The notes under the pieces are model-generated. The model worked only from the letters and a program-made list of their open reading frames with translations, made no database searches and was not told the origin of the DNA. The translations under genes were made by a program, and so were the position numbers. From positions 160,001-224,000 of the IMG/VR virus record IMGVR_UViG_3300021431_000075: DNA of 64,000 nucleotides; one strand, written 5' to 3'. Below, one piece after another: positions 9,242 through 18,608 of this stretch; positions within the stretch are counted from its first letter, which is position 1, and each line of letters begins with the position of its first letter. This DNA is from a virus (Duplodnaviria > Caudoviricetes).

Positions 9242-9401
9242 GCGTTACGTGTTTATGTATAATTTTTAGATATAAGTTCCTTACTTGTACTGACATTAGC
9301 ATTTTATTGCTTGCATATCTAATTATTGTATAAGCATTATAGTTCACCAGCCGTTCTGACAATAGACAGCAAGAGAATGACTTCAGGCATTGTCACAGTT
9401 T

Positions 9402-9620
9402 TTATTCATATAGCACATTTCCAATCCGAATAGACTTATGATTGACAAGAACATATTCATCTTGTTCTGAAAAATCAAAGAACCATCCAATCATCTTGTT
9501 GTCACCATCAATAGAATATTTTTGTTCTTTGATACAGACTCCTGTTATCAAATGTTCATCACCATTATCTTTCTTAACTATATCTCCGATAATGAATTTC
9601 GGTCTGATTATTTTATTCAT
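9402..9620 (-). CDS. Small hypothetical protein (PKFxIGDxV, SH3-like)
   Basis: 72 aa ORF overlapping the stop of the upstream gene. Confidence 0.6.
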   Translation of the reverse strand: MNKIIRPKFIIGDIVKKDNGDEHLITGVCIKEQKYSIDGDNKMIGWFFDFSEQDEYVLVNHKSIRIGNVLYE

Positions 9621-10302
9621 ATAACTGATTAACTTGTTCGCTATACATGCTATATTGCTGCTGTTGCGTAACTACAATTGTTGAATTCACATCAGGTCCA
9701 AGAATAAAGTTACCTGTTCCGGAATTGCTGAAAAGTTTATTAGAAACCTTATCATACATGAAACCTGTTAAACCTATACGATATGGAACAACATCCATTA
9801 TCAAAACATCATTCTTGAACACTTTAATATTATATAATCGCAATCTTATTTTAGAACAGAATAATCTAAATGGTTTTGTGTTTTGATTACCTTTTGTTGT
9901 CTTATAAGTAATTCTGGTTTTGTTATATGAACCTCCAGTTATTTCGCCATAATCTGGATATAATTTTAGATTATATATAACATTCTTAATTGTACTGACA
10001 TTAGTATTTCCATTGCTTGCTAATCTACCATTAGTAACCATTATGGCACCATCGCTTGCATATCTAATTATTCTATAAGCATTGCTCTGTTCATTAGTAT
10101 AGCATCCAAAAATCAACGGATACTTCCCAACGTCACTCAAATCACCTCTACGCATAAATCTTGCTTCTATAGTATTGTCATAATCAGTAAGAACAATGTC
10201 GGTATCCATTATTTGATAACCATCACTTTCAAGATACTCAATTTCAGATTCATATTTAGGCGCAATTAACAACTGTCTTCTATAATGATTTCCGTTAATC
10301 AT
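9613..10302 (-). CDS. Putative virion surface/adhesin protein (ConA-like beta sandwich)
   Basis: YRRQLL N-terminus, IEYLESDGYQIMDT, and C-terminal GFMYDKVSNKLFSNSGTGNFILGPD as in Bacteroidales phage tail-associated domains. Confidence 0.6.
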   Translation of the reverse strand: MINGNHYRRQLLIAPKYESEIEYLESDGYQIMDTDIVLTDYDNTIEARFMRRGDLSDVGKYPLIFGCYTNEQSNAYRIIRYASDGAIMVTNGRLASNGNTNVSTIKNVIYNLKLYPDYGEITGGSYNKTRITYKTTKGNQNTKPFRLFCSKIRLRLYNIKVFKNDVLIMDVVPYRIGLTGFMYDKVSNKLFSNSGTGNFILGPDVNSTIVVTQQQQYSMYSEQVNQLYE

Positions 10303-10428
10303 GGATTTTGGCGTGCTTCTTTAAAATTCTGTTTATTTATTGCCAAAAAAAAAAGAAAAATTGAACATACTATAACAATAAATAACTAACTAATTATCAA
10401 GAAATTAACACTTAAAAATCAAAAAAGT

Positions 10429-11250
10429 TTATGATTGCATCTCAACTTTCGTCCAGTTGTACTTTCCAAGATAGTAGTTTCCAGTTCCCATCCAGACATC
10501 ATAGCCTGTGCTACCAGCCGGGACATAAAGAGTGCCGTCAGTTTTTATATCTTGAAATGCAGTGTATACTAATGACGGTGCTGTTGTTGCTCTGCAAATA
10601 ATTGTTTTCAAATTTACACAAGCGTTAAATGCTCTATCACCAATAGAAGTTAATGTAGATGGAAAATCAATAATTTCTAATCGAGTTGCAGCCCAAAATG
10701 CACCGTAATTAATGGAAGTAACTGATTCTGGTATTATTGTATTATAACAACCAAGCACTAAATTGTTACTCTTTGTGCTAATTACGGCATTACAATTATC
10801 TCTTGAATCATAAGTATTATTTTCGCTGGAAACGATTATTTGTGACAAACTACGAAGACCTGTGTGCCAAGCACCAATATTCTTAACATTTTTTGGAATA
10901 TATAATGATGTTAAACTACTCAAATTTTGTAATGCATAAGCTTTAATAGTTTGTATTGAAACAGGTAATTTTATTGAAGAAAGATTTCTCATATCTTTAA
11001 AACCTCGTGATGGAATAGAAGTGACATTGGTAAAGTGTTCAAATTCATCAAAATGAGTAATTGCAGTTTTATTTGAAAATACAGTACCTATATCTGTAAC
11101 TGCTTGTGCTTCTGACAATGTCATATAATACTTGCTTGCACACCAACCTTGTGCATAACACACAGCAAGTACTTCCGGATTACTCACAATTGTCATAATT
11201 GCATCATCTGGAATGTTATCCAAACCTTCCATCAATCTTCGTCTGAACAT
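10429..11250 (-). CDS. BspA-type leucine-rich repeat (LRR_5) protein
   Basis: TSIGDRAFNACVNL-type repeats, YDSRDNCNAVI..NTIIPESVTSI, GTLYVPAGS; MFRRRLM N-terminus. Confidence 0.9.
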   Translation of the reverse strand: MFRRRLMEGLDNIPDDAIMTIVSNPEVLAVCYAQGWCASKYYMTLSEAQAVTDIGTVFSNKTAITHFDEFEHFTNVTSIPSRGFKDMRNLSSIKLPVSIQTIKAYALQNLSSLTSLYIPKNVKNIGAWHTGLRSLSQIIVSSENNTYDSRDNCNAVISTKSNNLVLGCYNTIIPESVTSINYGAFWAATRLEIIDFPSTLTSIGDRAFNACVNLKTIICRATTAPSLVYTAFQDIKTDGTLYVPAGSTGYDVWMGTGNYYLGKYNWTKVEMQS

Positions 11251-11390
11251 CTTGAAAATAGCAAGTTCTTTAAAATCTGTTTATTTATTGCCAAAAAAAA
11301 AAGAAAAATCGAACATACTTATGAAATAAAAAAGAAGCATATTAAAAAAATACACTTCAATTTATTTCAATTAATCAATAAACAGATTTC

Positions 11391-12008
11391 TCAACTAATC
11401 AACTTATGTACTTCTGCAACTTCAAATGATGTCAAAGCCTTATTAAACAACAAGAAGTTTCTTGTATATATTCTCATATTGTTCGGCGACTTGATGTTTA
11501 TCGTTGAATAGTTCCATATGTCAGGATAAGAACCGGAATCATCATTAATGAACAATGAGCGATTTTCATAAATCTCTCTATGACCACTCTTGTACCTGAC
11601 AATTACCCCTTCGTTCCAAGAGTCATTCGTCCAGTTTGCTGTGCTTGACGTGTTGTTCTGATAACCTGACGCAATCTTGACACCATTGACATCAAACAAT
11701 GCAGCAGTAGAATGGAATGTCGAATTCTCGTATCTGCGGACTTGGCTGAATGTCGTATAATTTCCGTTATCAAAATCATCAGAAGTCAAATCTGAAATGT
11801 TTATATATGCAATACGTTCAACTGTAGTTATAAGATAACTTCCGCTTGCCTGTGGTGTAAGCGTCCCGCGTTCCTTGACGATTGTCCTTCCGCCAATAAC
11901 ATCATTCAACCCATATGTAGCATTCAAGGGAAACCACATCAAACAACCAATATCTTTCAGTCTCTCGAATTTGGTTATGTCAGTCATCAGAAAATGTCTC
12001 CGTTGCAT
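11391..12008 (-). CDS. Putative LamG/ConA-like virion protein
   Basis: MQRRHFLM N-terminus, WFPLN, and C-terminal LLFNKALTSFEV typical of LamG-like folds. Confidence 0.6.
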   Translation of the reverse strand: MQRRHFLMTDITKFERLKDIGCLMWFPLNATYGLNDVIGGRTIVKERGTLTPQASGSYLITTVERIAYINISDLTSDDFDNGNYTTFSQVRRYENSTFHSTAALFDVNGVKIASGYQNNTSSTANWTNDSWNEGVIVRYKSGHREIYENRSLFINDDSGSYPDIWNYSTINIKSPNNMRIYTRNFLLFNKALTSFEVAEVHKLIS

Positions 12009-12083
12009 CTTGTTTTGGCGTACTTCTTAAAATTCTGTTTATTTATTGCCAAAAAAAAAGAAAAAATGAACATACTCTTGCAA

Positions 12084-12116
12084 TAAAAAAGAGAGATTAC
12101 CACCGGGCAATCTCTC
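12084..12116 (-). terminator. Intrinsic terminator
   Basis: gagagatt...aatctctc stem with U-tract on the minus strand, after the GNAT gene. Confidence 0.65.
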
Positions 12117-12142
12117 AAAAACAAAAACATTAAAATCTATTT

Positions 12143-12676
12143 CTATTTCACAAACTTCAAATAGACCATGTTCTTATCGCTTCTATATTTCTTGAAACCA
12201 TTCTTCTCATGAAATAACAGAGAAACTTCATTACTCTTGTTTACGCTTGACTTGACCGCTCCGTGTTTGACAGCATATTTCAATAACCTGCTGCCAAGAT
12301 GCAGTTCTCTGTACTTCGGATGGACCCAGATTCCTTTAATCCACTCTCCGCTATATCCAACATAACCGACCAGCGTTCTCTTCTTAAAATATGCAATTCC
12401 ATCCACATCATCCTGCATATGGATTAGCAAGTTGTCAGAACTCTTGTACTTGTCTATGATTTCCTGAGTCAGTTTCCTGCGCTCAAGTCCGGAAACTGCA
12501 GACTTTCTTTTCTTTCTTGACTTCTTCTCTATCAGCAAACCAACCAAAAAACTTTCAACTGTCTCTGCAAGCATAGAACTGAAATCGTCATCAGAACAAT
12601 CAAAAGCAAATGATTCATCAAGAACCTTTTCAAGTTGTCTGTTTATTGAAATTTCATAACTATCTAAATAGTGCAT
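12143..12676 (-). CDS. GNAT-family acetyltransferase
   Basis: IWVHPKYRELHLGSRLL (motif A) and N..SLLFHEKNGF (motif B). Confidence 0.85.
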   Translation of the reverse strand: MHYLDSYEISINRQLEKVLDESFAFDCSDDDFSSMLAETVESFLVGLLIEKKSRKKRKSAVSGLERRKLTQEIIDKYKSSDNLLIHMQDDVDGIAYFKKRTLVGYVGYSGEWIKGIWVHPKYRELHLGSRLLKYAVKHGAVKSSVNKSNEVSLLFHEKNGFKKYRSDKNMVYLKFVK

Positions 12677-12802
12677 TTATCAAAAAAAAGAAAGAAATTT
12701 TTTTATTTATCAAATCATCAAAAAGAGCCGCATATCTGCATCAAGCAAGATATACGACTCTCGGAATCAAAGAAAAATACAAAAATGCATATGTAACTTT
12801 TT

Positions 12803-13036
12803 TTATCCTGCCATATACGGCTTCCCTCTTTGCACAAGAGCATCCAGAACTCTGAACACAGGAACTTCAAGCACAGGATGATTCCATTCATCCTTGTGCA
12901 AATTCCAATGACTATATTCAAGAACAAACTCTGCAATGGGCTTCAGGTCATCGTCGATGTACTTCATCCTTGAGGATACTTCAACTGTATCGTCTATCTT
13001 TACGTTCGGTCTCTCGAAAAATCTTTCGTCTGCCAT
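12803..13036 (-). CDS. Hypothetical protein
   Basis: ORF between the tRNA and GNAT genes; start reassigned to MADER. Confidence 0.6.
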   Translation of the reverse strand: MADERFFERPNVKIDDTVEVSSRMKYIDDDLKPIAEFVLEYSHWNLHKDEWNHPVLEVPVFRVLDALVQRGKPYMAG

Positions 13037-13060
13037 ATATTTCGCCTTTGTCAATTCAAG

Positions 13061-13134
13061 TGATCCAGAAGGGATTCGAACCCTTGACCCGCAGCTTAGA
13101 AGGCTGCTGCTCTATCCAGCTGAGCTACCGGACC
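13061..13134 (-). tRNA. tRNA-Arg(UCU)
   Basis: GGTCCGG acceptor, TAGCTCAGCTGGATAGAGC D-arm, anticodon loop CT-TCT-AA, GGTTCGAATCC T-arm; CCA not encoded. Confidence 0.95.
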
Positions 13135-13181
13135 ATCATCTGATTATAGTATACAACGGAATCTTGAAATAGTTTAAATTA

Positions 13182-13811
13182 TCAAATATCGAACTTGTAA
13201 CCGAGAGTTATCTGGAACACACTGTTGCGAGCATCAGTGTCTTTTGCAACTTTCGTGACTCCGATATTATATCTTCCATCAAGAACGAAGTTCTTGAACT
13301 CATATGATACACCAACTGGTATAGAAAAATCGAATGTATTCATATCAACAATATCTGAATTCACAGTTTTCCCATCAATCGTCAAATCAGTAGACGCTTC
13401 GATGCCGAACTGAAAACCGAACTTAAACGCAAATCCTTTCATAAGATAAGCATTTATCACAAACGGAAGCGTAATATAATGCAAATTTATCTTCGCGTCA
13501 TATTTCAGCCAATCATAGTAGTATGTGATTGCTCCGTTGCTTGAAGAAAAAGATTCAAACGTATAATAATAACCTTTCGCTCCCTGCATAGAGTACATAA
13601 CTCCGCCTGCAAAACTGAACGTCTCCGTCAGCTGGTATTCCGCTTCAAGCCCTGCTGCAAGACCGACTTTCTTCTTTGCTTCCGAATCATCTGCGAAATC
13701 AGAAATATTGATGCCGACTTTCGGCTGAATAGTGAACCTTCCGGGCTGCTCTTGAGCAGAACCGATAATGCATATACAAACAAGTATCAAAAAACTAACA
13801 AATCTTTTCAT
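13182..13811 (-). CDS. Outer-membrane beta-barrel (PorT/porin-family) protein
   Basis: Signal peptide, QPKVGINIS, YSMQGAK, DFSIPVGVSYE, DGRYNIG, and C-terminal FQITLGYKF beta-signal. Confidence 0.9.
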   Translation of the reverse strand: MKRFVSFLILVCICIIGSAQEQPGRFTIQPKVGINISDFADDSEAKKKVGLAAGLEAEYQLTETFSFAGGVMYSMQGAKGYYYTFESFSSSNGAITYYYDWLKYDAKINLHYITLPFVINAYLMKGFAFKFGFQFGIEASTDLTIDGKTVNSDIVDMNTFDFSIPVGVSYEFKNFVLDGRYNIGVTKVAKDTDARNSVFQITLGYKFDI

Positions 13812-13894
13812 AATTTCTCAAAATTAACTTAATTAAACTTATATTGTATTAAAAACATAGATTTATATAAAGAATATAAACTATATGTTTTCAT

Positions 13895-15148
13895 TCAAGG
13901 GTTGATTCTCAACACCTCTGGCGATACAACGTCGCCTCTATCCCGTAAGTTCTTAAGTTGAACATTCGAGATTGCTTTTCCTTTCCTTAGGATTCCTATG
14001 GCACCGTTTATGTCTGCATTGAGTTCCTTTCCAGTCGAACTCTTGAACAAGCCTCTCTTGACTCGCTTTCCAAGATACTTGTCATGGTGCTCCATAGTCT
14101 CATAAGCCAAGTGGTCGCACTTGCTTGTGTAGCTTTCTTCGACTACGACTACCTTGAGATTCTCATAGCGTTTCGCCTTGTATTGCAACGTCTTAATCAG
14201 ATCGTTGAACGGAACAGAAACGAAGTTCTGGTTGTTCTTTCTTCCCATATTCGCATTCTGCTTCCATCCCTTGTTATGACCTATGTAGATGGTTGAAATC
14301 CTGTTCTCTATACAGAGCATTATGATTCTGTTTGCAACAGCATGTATGAAGTTGTACATCTTGTGCTTACGTTTCATGGAGAGTCTGTCAAGCGCACGAC
14401 TTGATTCTTGATTCTTGTTGCAATTTGCAAGTTCAGAGTACAGTTTCGCTCTCTTCTTGTTGTAGTACTGGTTGATGCTCTTCAATGGACCACCCTTAAC
14501 GACATAAGAAATGCTCTTGTCGTTTGAAGTTATGGCACAGAAGTTGTTTAATCCAATATCTATTCCAATAGATGAACGCTTGTCTGAATCTATTCTTTCC
14601 TTATTTGAATCGTCATTATATACAATGCATATCTTCACTTTGCCGTAGTACGGCTTCAGTATCAATTGGTGTATGCTCTTGATGTCTATCTGTTTTGGAA
14701 TCACAATGCATTCCGTTGTACAAGGCAGAGTAATCGAGTGTTCTGTCTTCTTCTTTCCCTTTTTGAACCTCGAACTGTTTACATAGACTGTCGCATAATT
14801 CTTGCGCTTGTACAAGTAGTTCGGTATCCTCGGCTTTTTGTCAAACAGTTCTGGATGCTCCTTGTACCTCATCACAGCCTTGATATACTTGTTCCAGTTC
14901 TTTATAACTTCCCTTATCTGATCCTCACGGAGAACATAGTCCAGTTTCGAGTTCTTGAACACGTCGGTTTCTTTCACCAGCTTGCGCAAGTCATTGTATT
15001 TATATGTCTTTACGTCTCCCTGCTTTTTTGTCTCGAAGTATCTCTGTCTCTGGAAGTACAGAGCCTTGTCATATATAGACAACGCTTCCGACATCATTCC
15101 ATGAATGGTGTCGTTTGCCTCCGTTACTATGCTCCAAGACCTTATCAT
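13895..15148 (-). CDS. tnpB: Solo TnpB RNA-guided endonuclease (GxNxGWKQ / EESYTSK subtype)
   Basis: GIDIGLNN, LKSINQYYNK, IGHNKGWKQ, EESYTSKC, NADINGAIGI; no tnpA nearby. Confidence 0.9.
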   Translation of the reverse strand: MIRSWSIVTEANDTIHGMMSEALSIYDKALYFQRQRYFETKKQGDVKTYKYNDLRKLVKETDVFKNSKLDYVLREDQIREVIKNWNKYIKAVMRYKEHPELFDKKPRIPNYLYKRKNYATVYVNSSRFKKGKKKTEHSITLPCTTECIVIPKQIDIKSIHQLILKPYYGKVKICIVYNDDSNKERIDSDKRSSIGIDIGLNNFCAITSNDKSISYVVKGGPLKSINQYYNKKRAKLYSELANCNKNQESSRALDRLSMKRKHKMYNFIHAVANRIIMLCIENRISTIYIGHNKGWKQNANMGRKNNQNFVSVPFNDLIKTLQYKAKRYENLKVVVVEESYTSKCDHLAYETMEHHDKYLGKRVKRGLFKSSTGKELNADINGAIGILRKGKAISNVQLKNLRDRGDVVSPEVLRINP

Positions 15149-15195
15149 ATTTATATAACTATATGGTATTTATCTACTTATATACATTCAAAAAC

Positions 15196-15822
15196 TCATT
15201 TCATTTTCTCTTTATGCCTGATCCATCTGTTCAATGTTCCAATATCACGACGCTTCTCATGAACGCTCTCATCTTGTTCTTTCTTTTCCGGAACCACCGG
15301 CTTCTCTGGTCCGTCATCTCCTGAACTCCTTGAACCAAAACTCGATTCGTTCAGTTCATAACATCTCTGATCTGCAATTTCTTCATCCATCATGAATTCA
15401 CAGAATCTATGTTCTGTGAACAGAATGTTCATTATCTCTCCAATGACATCAGCCAGTTCAAACTTCTTCAATTTTCCAGTTCGCCATACAGAGAACCTTC
15501 TAATTAAAGACGAATATCTATTGTTTATCAAAGCCTCATCTATGATATAAGATATCATCGTAAACTCGTCAGCATGAGCAACCAAAGAAAACATTTCATC
15601 TTCCAGAATCATCACATCAAAAAGTCTGTACATAATGTAATGAGGAATTCCATAAAGTCCTTCCAAACGACGGATTCCATACAGAGAGAAGATGTTCACA
15701 TTCACAACTTTGCTTCCGTCAACATGCTTTGCGACACAAGCATTCCGAATCTCTCTCCGTATCTCTGCAAGAACCGTAAAGATTCCATATTTGTTATACT
15801 TCTCTGGTTCCATCAACATCAA
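15196..15822 (-). CDS. Hypothetical protein, YSSxxRR family
   Basis: NRYSSLIRRF motif shared with three nearby ORFs. Confidence 0.75.
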   Translation of the reverse strand: MMLMEPEKYNKYGIFTVLAEIRREIRNACVAKHVDGSKVVNVNIFSLYGIRRLEGLYGIPHYIMYRLFDVMILEDEMFSLVAHADEFTMISYIIDEALINNRYSSLIRRFSVWRTGKLKKFELADVIGEIMNILFTEHRFCEFMMDEEIADQRCYELNESSFGSRSSGDDGPEKPVVPEKKEQDESVHEKRRDIGTLNRWIRHKEKMK

Positions 15823-15832
15823 ATAAAATCAT

Positions 15833-16330
15833 TCAACTTTTACCGCCAACAATAATAAAAAGAAAGACAACACACAGAATACCAATCGCTCGGATGATGC
15901 CCCATAAAAGGTTATTTGGATAAAACATCAACCCTGTCGGATACGTCAACTTCGTTCCGCTCTCTCCGTTATCAGTCAACGTCTCTCGGAGCTTCATCAG
16001 AACGTTCGTCTTTTCGAACTGGGACTTTCCTCTTGCTTCATCAAGTTCTTTCTTGGAATCTTTCAAGTTCCTGTACCAGAATCCTACGTTCTCATCTTCC
16101 GTTTTATACAACACAGAAGTGTATCCGTCAGTCCATCCTTTGTACTCGATATAATCAAGCGCTTTTCCAAGTCTTTCCGATGCAACTTCAACTGTATTAG
16201 CATCAGCACTCTGCTTAAGGTAACCAGTACAGTTCTGCTTGAACTGAATTCTCTGATAAATCCACAAGCCGCCAATCGCCAGGGCGACAAATGTAATTAA
16301 AATGCTTAATAAGCAACCAAGATTTTTCAT
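15833..16330 (-). CDS. Two-TM membrane protein
   Basis: Hydrophobic segments at both termini around a soluble domain. Confidence 0.75.
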   Translation of the reverse strand: MKNLGCLLSILITFVALAIGGLWIYQRIQFKQNCTGYLKQSADANTVEVASERLGKALDYIEYKGWTDGYTSVLYKTEDENVGFWYRNLKDSKKELDEARGKSQFEKTNVLMKLRETLTDNGESGTKLTYPTGLMFYPNNLLWGIIRAIGILCVVFLFIIVGGKS

Positions 16331-16365
16331 GTAACTTTTTAATTTTAATTGTTTAAGAATTTCAT

Positions 16366-16986
16366 TTATTGTTTATTGTTTCGATTTTCATTTATTTTCT
16401 TCCGAAGCCAAGAATTCATTATCTTTGACTCGTCATGCTCAATTTTATCCACATCTGATGTTTCACCGCTATCTTTCTTGTACATATCTTCAACTTTTGC
16501 CACCAACTCGTTATTCAACTCCAGACATTGTTTCATAAGATAGTCTTTGTCAAGTGAAAATTCACTAAACATATGAATTTTACCAAGTGTTTCAAGAACA
16601 AGCCTTGTTATGTTTTTGACTTCATCTATATTGAAGTGTCTGGTACATTTTGTTTTGAATCTCCTTAATACAGAACTATACCTCGCTTCTTCTATGGCAT
16701 CTTCAACACAAGACGCAGTTCTTTCAAAATCATTATAACTTGCAAAAGAAAACAAATTTTCACTCACTTGCCAAATGGCAAAGAGTTTATATACATTGAA
16801 CGGGATGTATCCGTCGCACTCAAGCTTTCCGCGACGCATGCCACTCACGCAACAAATGTTCTTATTGCTGTCATTAGATAAATTCGAGCATACATTTGCA
16901 ATCGTATTGACTAAAGAATCGATGCCGCGGTAGTCGCTAAAAAAACATCCACCTACGCTATCTTCTGCATAATCATCCTCGTTCAT
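16366..16986 (-). CDS. Hypothetical protein, YSSxxRR family
   Basis: ARYSSVLRRF...FNIDEV. Confidence 0.75.
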   Translation of the reverse strand: MNEDDYAEDSVGGCFFSDYRGIDSLVNTIANVCSNLSNDSNKNICCVSGMRRGKLECDGYIPFNVYKLFAIWQVSENLFSFASYNDFERTASCVEDAIEEARYSSVLRRFKTKCTRHFNIDEVKNITRLVLETLGKIHMFSEFSLDKDYLMKQCLELNNELVAKVEDMYKKDSGETSDVDKIEHDESKIMNSWLRKKINENRNNKQ

Positions 16987-17001
16987 TTTCCTTCTTCTAA
17001 G

Positions 17002-17454
17002 TTATTGTTGAACAATCCAACTGTTTATCTTTTTATTTCTAATGCATTTCTTACATAACCGCTCTTTCTCTCTTTCAAGTTCATCAGCATCGAATGACAA
17101 CATAATGATTCTATCTCCACACGCCTCTTTACAAAACTCTCTAATTATCCACATGGTCTCATCAATGTTGAATTCCTTAAAGAAACAACACCACAACCGT
17201 CTAAGCCAAGATGAATATTCACAGTTTATAAACAAACGTTCCAATATATCATATTCACGATTATTAAAACCGTAATCAATAGAGAAATTGAATCTTTTAT
17301 TGCTATGCTTAAAAATCTTAAACATCGGAAAAACTGCATAGTCTCCTCCGCCGTTGAAACTTTTCAAGCAATATAGCACATCAGACCACTGTGAATCATC
17401 AAGTTCAAGCAGTCGTTTTCTGAAATAAAAAAGTTCTCTCGATGTCATAATCAC
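17002..17454 (-). CDS. Hypothetical protein, YSSxxRR family
   Basis: EYSSWLRRL...FNIDET. Confidence 0.75.
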   Translation of the reverse strand: MIMTSRELFYFRKRLLELDDSQWSDVLYCLKSFNGGGDYAVFPMFKIFKHSNKRFNFSIDYGFNNREYDILERLFINCEYSSWLRRLWCCFFKEFNIDETMWIIREFCKEACGDRIIMLSFDADELEREKERLCKKCIRNKKINSWIVQQ

Positions 17455-17954
17455 TTAAACATCTCTTCAATGTCTACTTCTTCTCCGTTAAGCATTCTCT
17501 TCAATCCATGTTCAACATTTCGACCAATCTTGCTGAAATATAAAAATAGAACCGAAGAATAAAAATACATCGTCAGAAGCCAGATGTTCCTGTTAAATAG
17601 CAATTGCGACCCTTTCGGCAGAAACTCATAAATGATTCTTGAAACACAAACAGCACCAAGAACTGTAAGAAACTCTATGCTAATCATGTTCTTAAAACAA
17701 CCCGTCATTTCCATTGTCGGTTCCATCTGTTCCTTGTTCTCCACTGTCACTTCAAGCATCACTACAGAACGAGCATATGTCCAGATAAACAACAAGAACA
17801 CGAAGATTATCAAAAGATTCAACCAGTCAGGAATAACACTTCCTTGCATATGATTCCTGAAGATGAAGGAGAAAATGACAGATACACCAGTACCATTAAA
17901 TAGCATTTTAAAACCTGACGTTTCGGTAAGTCTAATGTCTTTTGAAGTTTTCAT
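17451..17954 (-). CDS. Multi-pass membrane protein
   Basis: About four hydrophobic segments. Confidence 0.7.
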   Translation of the reverse strand: MKTSKDIRLTETSGFKMLFNGTGVSVIFSFIFRNHMQGSVIPDWLNLLIIFVFLLFIWTYARSVVMLEVTVENKEQMEPTMEMTGCFKNMISIEFLTVLGAVCVSRIIYEFLPKGSQLLFNRNIWLLTMYFYSSVLFLYFSKIGRNVEHGLKRMLNGEEVDIEEMFK

Positions 17955-17998
17955 AATTTGTATTTTCTTTGATTATAATTCATAAATTTGTGTAATTA

Positions 17999-18388
17999 TT
18001 ATTTTTCAGTTGCAAAAAATACATGTCGGCATCCACGTCCTTCAATCATCTTCACGAACTCGTTGGCAATCCAAATCAGTTCGTCAAACTTGAACTTCAT
18101 TGTCAAGCAAGCGCAAATCCGCCTAAAAACTGATGAATATCTACATCTCCATATAGATAAGTCAAGAATCCTTAAATAATAATCATCGAGACCTTCTCCG
18201 GGAACGAATCTGTAATCACAATCATCAATCCGCTTAACGTTGAACAACACAACCTCATCGTCATAGTCACTCTCGATGATTCTCCGTTCTGCAAGCAGAC
18301 TTTCAGAAGTTTCTCCGGCAGCAAGCCGCTTGACCATCAGTCCGAAATCCATTATGAAGTCACTGCCTTTATAGAATTTATGATCCAT
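17999..18388 (-). CDS. Hypothetical protein, YSSxxRR family
   Basis: RYSSVFRRI...FKFDEL. Confidence 0.75.
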   Translation of the reverse strand: MDHKFYKGSDFIMDFGLMVKRLAAGETSESLLAERRIIESDYDDEVVLFNVKRIDDCDYRFVPGEGLDDYYLRILDLSIWRCRYSSVFRRICACLTMKFKFDELIWIANEFVKMIEGRGCRHVFFATEK

Positions 18389-18401
18389 ATTTTCTTAACA
18401 A

Positions 18402-18608
18402 TTACTTGTTCGTGCTTCCGTTCTTATTCTTTGATTCTCTTGCCATACGCTTCCTCAACTTTGTCAACTCGAAGTTGTCCATGAGAATCTTTGCAGGCAA
18501 CGCGGGATCCATCTTTTCCGGAATCTCCTTGTCGCTAACAATCTCGCGGACCTTTTTCATCATCTCCAAATATCTGTCAAGCGCGCTCGGCTTATCCATA
18601 CAAATCAA
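18402..18608 (-). CDS. Hypothetical protein
   Basis: 68 aa, coupled to the upstream stop. Confidence 0.6.
   Translation of the reverse strand: MICMDKPSALDRYLEMMKKVREIVSDKEIPEKMDPALPAKILMDNFELTKLRKRMARESKNKNGSTNK

Larger units (their letters stand above)
10306..12076 (-). repeat. Three ~55-65 bp direct repeats containing a late-promoter motif (10306-10371, 11266-11319, 12013-12076)
   Basis: Plus strand ttaaaa(t)tctgtttatttattgccaaaaaaaaa(a)gaaaaa..gaacatact; one copy directly upstream of each of three genes. Confidence 0.9.

Noticed and set aside
10395-10407. IHF-like site TATCAAgaaaTTA near the repeat cassette
   Set aside because: A single match in AT-rich DNA, not seen in the other two cassette spacers.
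13061-13134. tRNA as prophage attachment site
   Set aside because: No integrase and no duplicated tRNA 3' end seen; phage-like genes lie on both sides.
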